Below, piece by piece: positions 18,929-28,585 of a stretch of DNA of 64,000 nucleotides (positions within the stretch are counted from its first letter, which is position 1; each line of letters begins with the position of its first letter). The notes under the pieces are model-generated. The model was not told the DNA's origin. It saw only the letters and a list, made by a program, of their open reading frames with translations, and searched no databases. The position numbers and the translations under genes are program-made. The DNA comes from an uncultured virus (IMG/VR IMGVR_UViG_3300032038_000020) (lineage: Duplodnaviria; Heunggongvirae; Uroviricota; Caudoviricetes), in IMG/VR virus record IMGVR_UViG_3300032038_000020, positions 1-64,000 of that record; one strand, written 5' to 3'.

Positions 18929-20875
18929 ATGTCAGACGAGAACAAAAAGATTACTCTTGATGATCTATCTAATGGTGCTAAACACACAGCAGCTATACCG
19001 CCACCGTTACCTAGATTAGACTCTAGAACAGTCAGAGATGTCAATATTGCAGAGGTAGCTCAAAAAGCTCCAGAACCAATGCAAGAAGATATGGTTCCTG
19101 GTGTTATCAAGAGCGCCATCAGTAAGATTCCAGCAACAATAGAGAGACTTAACAATGAGTCTCTTGCTATTGTACAAAAGGGACAAGAAGAAAGAATAGA
19201 GCAGATGCTCGACTCAGACGATGATGTCGAGATGCCTACCAATTCATCTACTCCTGCTGCTGTTCAGACATCAACAAACATTGTAAGACAATCGTTTGAT
19301 GATGACGGAATAGATTTCGATGACGACGACACAGATGACAGTGATGATGATGTCGATTTTCCTGTCCCTGTGAAGACATACAATACCAAAGTAGAAAGGA
19401 AAGTAAACACTATGGAAAATAACAACACCCCTCAGACAGAACTCGATAAGAAGATTCATGCTATTGCAGAAGCTGCAGTAGAAACACCTGAGAAGATTGA
19501 GTTTCCTGAGCCTACTGATACAGACAAGGAGAAGCTTGCTGAGAAGGTTCAGGAAGCATATGAGGCTGTAACAGGTGAAACAATCGGCGAAGAGACTAAG
19601 GAGGATGAGTCTACTACTGATGTGGAAGAGGAAGATGCTCCTGTTTTACCTCCGACAATTCCTTCATCCTCAGAAACAGACTTCGGTACTACTACATTCG
19701 CTATGTCAGATGACGATCTTGCTCTTCTTGATGATGAAGACATGATTGTTGAGAAGTCTGATAAGGCTAAAGAAGTCAGCGAAGCTGAAGAGAAGGAGAG
19801 ACGTAACGCTCTCAGAGACTCTATCAGAATCTCTGTTAAGGAGAACTTCAAGCCTATCGATAATAAGGTTGATCTTTCTAAGTTCGAGATTCAGAAGAAG
19901 CCTATATCTGCTTCTAAGGTGCTCAACCATATCAAGGAGACTCCTGTAAGAACGGCTACTACACCTCTCTTCTCTACTTCTAAGAAGGTAATCGAAGTAT
20001 CAGAGTTTACTGCTACAGAAATTCAGAAGCTCAACCCTGCTCTCATCAACCAGAATAACTTCTATACAGCACTCAGAGATCGTTATCAGCTTCTCTATAA
20101 CCACATCGTTGATCCTAACAAGCCTGCTACATTCGAAGCTTGGCTGAAGACAGTTCCTGAAGATGCAATCGACGATTACTTCTTCGCTGCTTATAAAGCT
20201 ACATTCGGTGCTGCAAACATTCTTACCTACGAGTGCCCTAAGGACGGATGCGACAACGTATTCCTTAAGGAAGTACCTGTTATGTCCATGATCAAGTATA
20301 AGAACGATGCTGTTAAGAAGGAGTATCTCGATCTTCTCCACAACGGCAAGCTCAACATCTCGAAAGATACTTACTCTGCTGGACTCTTCCAGGTCAGCGA
20401 TGAGTACGTGTTCGCTCTCAAGACTCCTACACTCTACGAGAGAGTATTCGAGCCTACACTTCTCGACTCTCAGATTCTTGAGACTTATGGTCAGCTCATT
20501 ACACTCATCACTTATATCGACGAAATCTATGTAATCGATCAGGCTAACAACAAGCTTATTCCTATCGACATGCAGCCTGTTCATACAGATCCTCGTAAGA
20601 CTGTAAGAAGACGTATCAAGACATGTGCTTCTATCATCAGAACACTTACATCTGATCAGCTTCAGACACTTACTGTCGAGACAGACAAGTATGATAAGCC
20701 CGATTCAAAGAGAAATCGTAACGACGATGACGACGAAGACACAACACCCGAGATCCAGTACATTTATCCTGAGTGTGAGTGTCCTAAGTGCAGGATCAAG
20801 ATCAAGGAAGCAGTAGCTGATCCTGTCGACATGCTTTTTACACGTCATCAGCTGGGAGTTTATCAGCGGATATAA
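18929..20875 (+). CDS. baseplate-hub/tail assembly chaperone-like protein with a long acidic N-terminus
   Basis: C-terminal half has two Cys pairs (CPKDGC, CPKC) and ends ...MLFT..., resembling T4 gp26/gp51-like hub assembly proteins; follows the gp25-like gene. Confidence 0.55.
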   Translation: MSDENKKITLDDLSNGAKHTAAIPPPLPRLDSRTVRDVNIAEVAQKAPEPMQEDMVPGVIKSAISKIPATIERLNNESLAIVQKGQEERIEQMLDSDDDVEMPTNSSTPAAVQTSTNIVRQSFDDDGIDFDDDDTDDSDDDVDFPVPVKTYNTKVERKVNTMENNNTPQTELDKKIHAIAEAAVETPEKIEFPEPTDTDKEKLAEKVQEAYEAVTGETIGEETKEDESTTDVEEEDAPVLPPTIPSSSETDFGTTTFAMSDDDLALLDDEDMIVEKSDKAKEVSEAEEKERRNALRDSIRISVKENFKPIDNKVDLSKFEIQKKPISASKVLNHIKETPVRTATTPLFSTSKKVIEVSEFTATEIQKLNPALINQNNFYTALRDRYQLLYNHIVDPNKPATFEAWLKTVPEDAIDDYFFAAYKATFGAANILTYECPKDGCDNVFLKEVPVMSMIKYKNDAVKKEYLDLLHNGKLNISKDTYSAGLFQVSDEYVFALKTPTLYERVFEPTLLDSQILETYGQLITLITYIDEIYVIDQANNKLIPIDMQPVHTDPRKTVRRRIKTCASIIRTLTSDQLQTLTVETDKYDKPDSKRNRNDDDDEDTTPEIQYIYPECECPKCRIKIKEAVADPVDMLFTRHQLGVYQRI

Positions 20876-20925
20876 GAAGAGCCGAACGGCTTACTAATAA
20901 TGTATACAAGGGGAGGATATCGTTC

Positions 20926-21072
20926 ATGGAACTCATGACGATGCCTCCTGCTTGGTTCAATGTTCTTTACATGATCGCTATTGAGAGACAAGAACAGCAT
21001 GCTAAAGAATTGGCTGAGCAAGCCCAAGCTGATGCAATAGAAGAAGCAATTGAGGAAGGAGGAGCTATGTAA
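20926..21072 (+). CDS. small ORF (48 aa) or -1 frameshift extension of the upstream gene
   Basis: -1 frame is open 20821-21072: ...YKGRISFMELMTMPPAWFNVLY...; GGAGG lies 9 nt before ATG 20926. Confidence 0.6.
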   Translation: MELMTMPPAWFNVLYMIAIERQEQHAKELAEQAQADAIEEAIEEGGAM

Positions 21073-21073
21073 G

Positions 21074-21415
21074 ATGTGTATGATGGACATCTTAAGTCAC
21101 TCTAAGAAAACTGCTTTAGATAACAAGGTTGATGTAGCGTACTATATCATCAACTATATCGATCACGAGCTGATTACTTTCAATCTCATCAATCAGCTTG
21201 ATAGAGAGTGTATAGATACCAAGATAGACACAGATGGTATCATCACTGTCACTTTCAAGACTAACTCTACAGAAGACTATGAGTCCTTCAAGTCAGAGCT
21301 CTCTTCTCTGATCGAGAGTAATCCTACAGTAGAAGTATCAGGCAGTTTCTATAACCTAGCCTTGACAAATATCGAGAATGAAGTAGGAGTGACTATCTCC
21401 CCCTATACTACATGA
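21074..21415 (+). CDS. hypothetical protein
   Basis: ORF after a GGAGGAG SD; followed by a hairpin at about 21432-21455. Confidence 0.65.
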   Translation: MCMMDILSHSKKTALDNKVDVAYYIINYIDHELITFNLINQLDRECIDTKIDTDGIITVTFKTNSTEDYESFKSELSSLIESNPTVEVSGSFYNLALTNIENEVGVTISPYTT

Positions 21416-21467
21416 TCGTTCATATAGAAGGTCCAGTGGAGTAAAATCCACTGGATTGCCTTTGTGA

Positions 21468-21479
21468 AACATCTATATA
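21468..21479 (+). promoter_or_regulatory. late promoter AACA-N6-TA
   Basis: AACATCTATATA upstream of an AAAGGAGG SD. Confidence 0.65.
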
Positions 21480-21500
21480 ATTACGAAAGGAGGAATTTGA

Positions 21501-22712
21501 ATGAGCGGTAAGTTTATCAATAAATCCTATGTTAACACAATAGATGCCTTACAGCAAGGCCAAGTGAACAGGGTCAAGAATGCGAACTACCTCTTTAACG
21601 ATAAAAAGCCAGTCATATCAGACTGGTATAATATGAACTCTACTGGCACTACATTCGATGAAGGTACTAGAGCAGAGTATGCTAGACTTAGTCATGCGTC
21701 TCCTATAAGATACAATAAGATTACTGGAGCTGTATTCTATGCTAGCGGAATCAAGCTTGCTATGGATGTAGACTTCAATGAAGACGGTCTTGGACTTGCT
21801 TCTCAACCTGCTATATCTGGTACAGTACTTCCTAATACGTGGATCCCATATGCTGGAGACTACTTCTCGATTCAACACGCTGGAAAGGAGTGGCTGTACA
21901 AGGTTACTGCTACATCGTTTGATACTATAGACAATGGTAACAACGTCTATAGCTTTGAGGCTATGCTGGACAACTACGGTATAGATGAGATCGAGAGACA
22001 AGTAGTAGAGAGATACAAGTTTGTAGTAAACAATATTGGTACAAACTACTCTGTCGTTATCAAAGAAGAATCATACGATGCTATAGAGACTCTTGATAAT
22101 CTTCTTTCCCAAATCAAGACGTACTTTGTAGCTCTGTTCTTCAAGGAAGCACTTCAGACCTTTGTGTATCCTGGAAAGTATGGAGAAGTCTATGATCCTT
22201 ATATGATAGAGTTCCTTATGAGACATTCTATCCTTACTGGATCTGATCCATATATCTATGTCTCACAAGCTATACAAGTACCACAGACAATGATATTAGA
22301 CTACGACAAGACTTTCTTCAAGGCTTTAGAGACTAAGTCTATAGATCGTTTCTGTAATCGTCCTGCCAATATCAATATCATTGAAGACATCTATAGTCTC
22401 TTCCATACTACACTTGTTAAATACTTCAAGGTCGACTATGCAGAGCCCATATTCCAAGGTGGTTATGCTATACTTGATCCAGTGATGATATCGGATGCTA
22501 AGGAAGGTATAGAGCGTCAGAATGATGATCCTAAAGCACTTAACAATATCATCACTCGTTACTTCCACGATAAACCTCTTGACTCATCGATTTGCGATAT
22601 CTTTGACAATATAGATTATAAGCCTACGCCATATCTATTCTATGGTCTTCCGATGGCTCTGTTCTGTATTGAATCCCAGATACGTAATTTGATGAGCAGT
22701 TCAACATCTTAG
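21501..22712 (+). CDS. probable virion structural protein (neck/head-tail region)
   Basis: 403 aa, late promoter; PNTWIPYAGDYF beta-barrel-like segment. Confidence 0.45.
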   Translation: MSGKFINKSYVNTIDALQQGQVNRVKNANYLFNDKKPVISDWYNMNSTGTTFDEGTRAEYARLSHASPIRYNKITGAVFYASGIKLAMDVDFNEDGLGLASQPAISGTVLPNTWIPYAGDYFSIQHAGKEWLYKVTATSFDTIDNGNNVYSFEAMLDNYGIDEIERQVVERYKFVVNNIGTNYSVVIKEESYDAIETLDNLLSQIKTYFVALFFKEALQTFVYPGKYGEVYDPYMIEFLMRHSILTGSDPYIYVSQAIQVPQTMILDYDKTFFKALETKSIDRFCNRPANINIIEDIYSLFHTTLVKYFKVDYAEPIFQGGYAILDPVMISDAKEGIERQNDDPKALNNIITRYFHDKPLDSSICDIFDNIDYKPTPYLFYGLPMALFCIESQIRNLMSSSTS

Positions 22713-22742
22713 TAACTAAATCCTACTTAAGGAGGGAAAATA

Positions 22743-23165
22743 ATGACTACTGACGTATTAACTGTAGATGACCTTCTGATTGAAGCGTGTGAAGAAGATG
22801 CTGAAATAGAAGAGGGTTACTTCACAGAGAATCTTAAGTTTATACTCGATAGAGATATAGACGAAGACATCAATAACGGCATGAACTCTATCTTTAATGG
22901 AGAGGGTCTTTCACTTGATGAAACTATCATCAATCTTGTTGATCGTCTTGAAACAGAAGTAAACGATTCTGAATCTGGAGAAGCTAAACTTTACATAGCA
23001 CCTGAAGATATACATGATCCAATCGAAGATGAGCTTCCTGGAAAGTTCAGTTCATCACTTTACGATTGGGTAGACGAAGACGATCCTAACCAAGAGAGTG
23101 CTTGGTATGGAAATGATTCTGGTGACTACAATGTTGGATATGACTCTATATTCGGCGATAACTAA
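22743..23165 (+). CDS. highly acidic protein, possible internal head/scaffold protein
   Basis: D/E-rich; late promoter at 22703-22714. Confidence 0.55.
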   Translation: MTTDVLTVDDLLIEACEEDAEIEEGYFTENLKFILDRDIDEDINNGMNSIFNGEGLSLDETIINLVDRLETEVNDSESGEAKLYIAPEDIHDPIEDELPGKFSSSLYDWVDEDDPNQESAWYGNDSGDYNVGYDSIFGDN

Positions 23166-23179
23166 AGGAGGTACTAACA

Positions 23180-23554
23180 ATGGACGAATACATCAGAGAT
23201 ATCATAGACAGTAGACGTTCTCTTATTGTAGAACGTGCTGTGGATGAAGACCTTCAGGCTGAGAAAGAACTCAGTATTGAAGTCAATACTCTTGCTGGCA
23301 AGTTCGTAGACGGCTTTATAACCCAGGAAGAAATAGATAGCTGTCAGCTTACTGAAGAGGAGCTTAACAGCACACTCGACGACATCATAGATGATGCTGA
23401 AGCAAACGAACTCGCTTTATATGAACCTGAGACCTTCTCCGACGATGACGGAGAACTTTCAGATATCAATGCTATACTTGACTCAGACATAGATCCTGAG
23501 CTTCTCGAGCTGGATGATGATGAGTCTATGTATTGCGAACCAAGCGTAGACTAA
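23180..23554 (+). CDS. highly acidic protein
   Basis: D/E-rich; AAAGGAGG SD. Confidence 0.65.
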   Translation: MDEYIRDIIDSRRSLIVERAVDEDLQAEKELSIEVNTLAGKFVDGFITQEEIDSCQLTEEELNSTLDDIIDDAEANELALYEPETFSDDDGELSDINAILDSDIDPELLELDDDESMYCEPSVD

Positions 23555-23569
23555 GGAGGTACATGAAAC

Positions 23570-24091
23570 ATGAATATCATAAAAAAGAAGTGTATGCTCA
23601 TTACACCTTGTAATGTCACATTCAGGACATCAAGCGGTAAAGAGATCAAGCCCAATACAAAGAGTATCGAATTCGTATTGACTAAGGAAATACTTGTAGC
23701 TATGAACAGCGGCATCAGAGTATTCGAGATCGGCTCAGACGGTAAGCAGGTTCAGCTTAATAAGAGCAACTTCGATAAGATCAATGTTCTTATGAACTAT
23801 GATGAGACGGCAGAGGAGAAGGAAGCTCCTACAGAGGTGCCTGTTGGTCCTGTTAAGATTACACCAGCATGGTTGAAGGGTGAAACAGATCATCCTGCAG
23901 AAGATAAGCCTAAGGAAGAGGAGACTGTAGATCCTGCAGAAGAGGAGTCACCTTCTGAGGAAGATGAGGAAATCGACATGACCCCTCAGGAAGATCCTGA
24001 AGCTAAGTACTACGATACTGATTCCGATTCAAAGGACGACTGCGATGAGGAAAAAGAAAACGGCGAAGACGACGAATTCAACGTTGACTAA
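23570..24091 (+). CDS. hypothetical protein with an acidic disordered C-terminus
   Basis: AAGGAGG SD; E/D/P-rich tail. Confidence 0.7.
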   Translation: MNIIKKKCMLITPCNVTFRTSSGKEIKPNTKSIEFVLTKEILVAMNSGIRVFEIGSDGKQVQLNKSNFDKINVLMNYDETAEEKEAPTEVPVGPVKITPAWLKGETDHPAEDKPKEEETVDPAEEESPSEEDEEIDMTPQEDPEAKYYDTDSDSKDDCDEEKENGEDDEFNVD

Positions 24092-24101
24092 TCTGCTCGA
24101 C

Positions 24102-24140
24102 AAAAAAGAACACTGGGTTTGATCCCAGTGTTCTTTTCTT
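24102..24140. terminator. bidirectional intrinsic terminator
   Basis: AAAAGAACACTGGG-TTTGAT-CCCAGTGTTCTTTT. Confidence 0.8.
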
Positions 24141-24147
24141 ACTGTGC

Positions 24148-24216
24148 TTAGACTTGGACTTGTAGCACGTCTTCTGATGGAAATGCATATCCACCACAAG
24201 TTTCAAAATCGTCCAT
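24148..24216 (-). CDS. 22-aa small ORF MDDFETCGGYAFPSEDVLQVQV
   Basis: Perfect AAAGGAGGTG SD, own early-type promoter (24310-24320) and terminator. Confidence 0.5.
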   Translation of the reverse strand: MDDFETCGGYAFPSEDVLQVQV

Positions 24217-24372
24217 TTTTAGCACACCTCCTTTCTTGTTAGCTATATGTCCCCTTTAAGGAGGTAGGGGATATATAAGACTACAGAATTCATTTTCTGT
24301 AGACATCTTAATAATATATGCTTCTAAATGCGTACTTTAACGACGGTGGGATTTCCCCACCGTCGATTTAAA

Positions 24373-26076
24373 TTAGAATACTGGGTCGATAGGCTTGAAT
24401 GATGGATCAGGCTGTATAGTGAGGCTATATAGATTCATGATACATTCCTTCGTTACATTACGAGGACTTATACCATCCATACCTATAAGGTTGATCTTGC
24501 TATTTGCAGCTTTCTCCAGTTCAGCATTAGCTTCGATAGTATAGATACCCTTAACTATAGCGGTATCTCCATCGAAGTCCATACCCATTACATCTATATT
24601 ACCATTAGAGATAGTAAGAGTTGGAGAGAAGAGAGCAGCGGTGTTTCTTCCGAGATCTTCAGATCTGATCTTAGGCCACCACTTATACACTTTACCATCC
24701 ATCATAACAGGCTCAGTTTCATTAGTAGACTTGATGTTTATCTTGGAAGGATACTGGTTAAGGTAACGGTCTATAGGGAATCGAGTAATCAGACACATCT
24801 TATCTGCAGTCATCTCACATGCAGCAAGATAGAAGAGATCACACCATGTCATAGGTCTTTCTATAAGAGGATAGCCTGAATAATCCTTCTGGTCATCTAT
24901 ATGCTCAGATGTAACTTTTCTTCCTTTAAATACTATGAACGGAGTATCTGATGTAGTTTTAAGTTTCTTCTCTTTCACCATCTTAGCCCATTCAGCTTTA
25001 TCTATGGGAACTGGTATAGGCTGGAAACGGTTAGAGTATCCATGAACAAATCTCTCTATCTGTTTCACTATCTCCGTATCAGAGAACATGATCTGATAGT
25101 CTTCTATAGGAACAGATATCTCACCACTCGGACCAGTCATGGAATACATAGTCTTACCACCGAATTCGTTCTCAAAGAAACGTCTACAGTAGTAGATGAT
25201 GAATGGCTGGAAGAGTACTATAGCAGCCTCAAGAGGGCATGCTGCATGGTCCATATCAACCATGAGGTCTTCTATGTTTTCAACCTTCAGATTGGCAGCA
25301 GACATAACAAGACGTACACTATAGTCTACAGTCTTGTACATGACACCCTTCTTTATAATGCCAGTCTTTCCAGGTAAGTTACCACCAGTTTCTTCACCAT
25401 TGATTACTGTACCTGCACCGAACCAATCATAGATCTGTTTCAGTGTAACTTGTATTCTACCCTTAGTAGCATCTGCAAGACTTAGTCCATACTCAGCAGT
25501 TTCTCTGAGTGCTTTGGTCGCAATGATAAGAGAGCTGTAGAGCTTATTGATTTCTCCGACGCCTATACTAGCCTGCTTAGTATCAACGTCTCTATAGTAT
25601 GGCGGTATAACGGGGCATTTCTTAACCCACATCTGGCTCTTGACTTTGTCAAGAAACTTAATCTTTGTAGCTCTGTCTTTAGAACTGGATTCTTTGGCAG
25701 ACCAGTCTATCTTATCGTAGTTTGCTTTGAACCAATTCAGACCAGTATTACCTTCAGGGTCTTTAACCAATTGTCCTTTAGCATCAATAGAGAAGTTCTC
25801 GGTTCCGTGTACTATAGCCTCTACCTTCTTATCTAGAGTACAGAGTATCTTATAGACCAGAGGATTGAGGAACCATTCGCCAAGATCTATATATGCATAG
25901 ATACCAGCTCTTTCAGCTTTAGTAATACCGAAGATCTCATTAGACAGAAGTCCATCTGGTGCTGGAGTCGGACCGTTAAAGAATACAGGGTTAGTGATCT
26001 CTTTACAGTCATTGGCTCTGACAAAGCGTTCTACGTCTAATATACTTATATCGAAATGATTAGTAGATGAACTCAT
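24373..26076 (-). CDS. rpoC: RNA polymerase beta-prime N-terminal/catalytic subunit (probably virion RNAP)
   Basis: DGLLSNEIFG, PVIPPYYRD, GKTGIIK..VMYKTVDYSVRLV, ITRFP and catalytic GMDFDGD; late-type promoter at 26103-26114. Confidence 0.9.
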   Translation of the reverse strand: MSSSTNHFDISILDVERFVRANDCKEITNPVFFNGPTPAPDGLLSNEIFGITKAERAGIYAYIDLGEWFLNPLVYKILCTLDKKVEAIVHGTENFSIDAKGQLVKDPEGNTGLNWFKANYDKIDWSAKESSSKDRATKIKFLDKVKSQMWVKKCPVIPPYYRDVDTKQASIGVGEINKLYSSLIIATKALRETAEYGLSLADATKGRIQVTLKQIYDWFGAGTVINGEETGGNLPGKTGIIKKGVMYKTVDYSVRLVMSAANLKVENIEDLMVDMDHAACPLEAAIVLFQPFIIYYCRRFFENEFGGKTMYSMTGPSGEISVPIEDYQIMFSDTEIVKQIERFVHGYSNRFQPIPVPIDKAEWAKMVKEKKLKTTSDTPFIVFKGRKVTSEHIDDQKDYSGYPLIERPMTWCDLFYLAACEMTADKMCLITRFPIDRYLNQYPSKINIKSTNETEPVMMDGKVYKWWPKIRSEDLGRNTAALFSPTLTISNGNIDVMGMDFDGDTAIVKGIYTIEANAELEKAANSKINLIGMDGISPRNVTKECIMNLYSLTIQPDPSFKPIDPVF

Positions 26077-26228
26077 TGTAGTACCTCCTTAAGTAAGTTG
26101 ATTATAGAATGGTTCATGCTTTAGAATCAGGTTCAAATGCAAGTACGACTATATATTATAAAGGTGTACAAGAGAGTTAGTGATTCAATGCTCTTGAGTA
26201 CTAAATACATTATTAAGGAGGATCTATT

Positions 26229-26465
26229 ATGATCAATGGTTACAACACGCAACTCCCGTCAAGAGAGGCTAAGATGACAGGACAGCCTGTCAGTCTCGAA
26301 AGCGTGATGAATGAATTCACATTCATCACTACATCAATCAACGCTGGCTATTTGTCAGCAAAAGACCCTGCAGTTCAGAAGAGGATAAGAGAACTGCAGC
26401 ATGATATCACTCATCTGCAGAACGCATATCATCAGGCAGCAAATATGGGCCTGATACAGCGCTAA
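26229..26465 (+). CDS. small hypothetical protein in its own early transcription unit
   Basis: Early promoter at 26150-26160, AAGGAGG SD, terminator at about 26486-26519. Confidence 0.7.
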   Translation: MINGYNTQLPSREAKMTGQPVSLESVMNEFTFITTSINAGYLSAKDPAVQKRIRELQHDITHLQNAYHQAANMGLIQR

Positions 26466-26567
26466 GTAGTAGCGCAACCTCCTTGATCGGTCCACTGCCC
26501 CGTGGACCGATTATTTTTTGTCGTAGAACATCACTATAATTACACACCCTTGAAAGGAGGACTCATG

Positions 26568-27998
26568 ATGGGTAGACATTATAGATGTATATACTGCTCT
26601 AAGTCTCTTGATAGAGACAAGCTTGTAACCCATATGGAGAAGGAACACTCTGATATGCTTAATCCTGATAAGGGATTTACTGCTAATCATGTAGTGTTCG
26701 ATATATGTAACAACAAACAGCCTGTAGGAGATGCTCGTGGAGTTTGTAGAATCTGTAAGGCTCCTACTATGTGGAACGAGAAAACTGTTCGTTACGATGC
26801 TTTCTGTTCTGATCGCTGTAAATCTGTCGCCAGACAAAATGCAGTGAAGAACATGATGAAAGTATATAACAAACCCACTCTTCTCAATGATATGGATCAT
26901 CAGGAGAAGATGCTCGCCAATAGATCAATCTCTGGTAAGTACAGATGGTCTGACGGAACATACAAAACTTACGTAGGAAACTATGAGAAGAAGTTCCTCG
27001 AGTTTTGCGATGGGGTCCTTGGAATGGACTCATCAGACCTCGTAACACCTGGTCCTACTTTAAAGTATGAACATAATGGTGAAGAACACGTCTGGATCAC
27101 TGATGCTCTTTATCTCCCTTATAACCTCGTCTTTGACATTAAGGATGGTGGAGATAACAAGAACACCAGAGAGATGCCAGAGTACCGATCTAAACAAATT
27201 GCTAAAGAAAAGATGATTACTGATCAAGGCGAGTATAGCTATATTAGGCTTACTAATAACGAGTTTGTTCAACTGCTCGATATATTCGCTGAGCTCAAAA
27301 AGATCAGCATGGAACCTGATCCGCATACTATATCCAGGATCCATGAAAGCCTGATTGGAGGTGCACTTCCTCCTGCAGGTGCTACGGATGTTAATCCACA
27401 CCCTTACCTGTTGAACTATCATACCTTTGCAGGTGGTGATGAGGGCTATGCTCTCTGCAACGATATAGCTTCAGATTGTTGTCTGACAGTGGATGATAAC
27501 GGTAAGATCAAGAAGAAGAACACCAAGAAGCTCCTAGCTCAGAAGGAATGTATTGTATATAAGTACAAGGGCACTAACGGAGAACAGATCATGAGAGAAG
27601 CCTATTCAAAGTACAAGTCTCAAAAGACTGTAAGAATGGACTACTTTGCTAAGTTGGTATCTGAGATGTCTGACATATTAACGCCAGACCAACTCGACTA
27701 CTCCCCAGTCCTTGAACAAGTTTCTATATCTTCACTCGGAGAGAAGTTCACATCTCTTTGTGTTACCATAGAAACTGCAGTAAACGAACTAGTTGGTAAC
27801 AGAACTCTCTCTGTACCAGTAGTAGATCCATACAAGATGGAACAGTGTCGACACATACTGAGAAACTATAAGAATCTCGTCGTGAAAGAATGTGTCGATG
27901 GTGGATACTATGTGGAGAACACCATATCGAAAACCAGGTCTAGACTCATCGATTCTATAGAGGATATCGACAAATCCCTCTTAGATTCAGTGAGCTAA
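26568..27998 (+). CDS. zinc-finger plus PD-(D/E)XK-type endonuclease-like protein
   Basis: C2H2 CIYC..HMEKEH; CRIC..CSDRC; nuclease-like E..F..TD..VFDIKDG; late promoter at 26527-26538. Confidence 0.55.
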   Translation: MGRHYRCIYCSKSLDRDKLVTHMEKEHSDMLNPDKGFTANHVVFDICNNKQPVGDARGVCRICKAPTMWNEKTVRYDAFCSDRCKSVARQNAVKNMMKVYNKPTLLNDMDHQEKMLANRSISGKYRWSDGTYKTYVGNYEKKFLEFCDGVLGMDSSDLVTPGPTLKYEHNGEEHVWITDALYLPYNLVFDIKDGGDNKNTREMPEYRSKQIAKEKMITDQGEYSYIRLTNNEFVQLLDIFAELKKISMEPDPHTISRIHESLIGGALPPAGATDVNPHPYLLNYHTFAGGDEGYALCNDIASDCCLTVDDNGKIKKKNTKKLLAQKECIVYKYKGTNGEQIMREAYSKYKSQKTVRMDYFAKLVSEMSDILTPDQLDYSPVLEQVSISSLGEKFTSLCVTIETAVNELVGNRTLSVPVVDPYKMEQCRHILRNYKNLVVKECVDGGYYVENTISKTRSRLIDSIEDIDKSLLDSVS

Positions 27999-28037
27999 AC
28001 ATATAAGTAAAATCTACAACCCGAAGGAGGTTACATT

Positions 28038-28505
28038 ATGAACTTAAGCACAATGATTCTTCAGGAAGCTTCTAAGGCAGATCAGAAGATTCTTGATGAT
28101 ATCGAAAGAGATCAGATAGCACATGACTACCAGGATACTTTGGCTGGTCTGGCTACAGTAGGAAGTATCACTTTCCCAGCATCAGAAGTCCCGATCATAA
28201 AGGACGAATGTGGTGAGTGTGGAGAGTGCGGCGAATGTAATGAGAGCTACATGGTAGAGTACGACATGCTCTATAAGTTCATGGAAGCTAACAATATCGA
28301 CGAAGAGTACGAAGCTCATGCAGCACTGTGTGAGGAGTACTCACTTGAACAGGCTCAGCTTGTAGTAGTTGCAGAATGCAACGAAGTAAACAAGGGCCTT
28401 CTTAATAATGCACTTAAGACTGGAGAACTCGGCGTAGCAAGACGTTATTGCTCAGGTCTCTGCAATCTTCTCAATCACGGAATCCGTGTAATGAAGAAGG
28501 GTTAA
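28038..28505 (+). CDS. acidic, probably virion-associated protein with (ECG)n repeats
   Basis: Late promoter at 27998-28009; ECGECGECGECNE. Confidence 0.6.
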   Translation: MNLSTMILQEASKADQKILDDIERDQIAHDYQDTLAGLATVGSITFPASEVPIIKDECGECGECGECNESYMVEYDMLYKFMEANNIDEEYEAHAALCEEYSLEQAQLVVVAECNEVNKGLLNNALKTGELGVARRYCSGLCNLLNHGIRVMKKG

Positions 28506-28585
28506 TTATTACACTAACGGCGACATCATAGTAGGGACCAAGGGTGGTTGCCCTTGGTCCAATTCTATGCCTAGGAGGAATCTAT

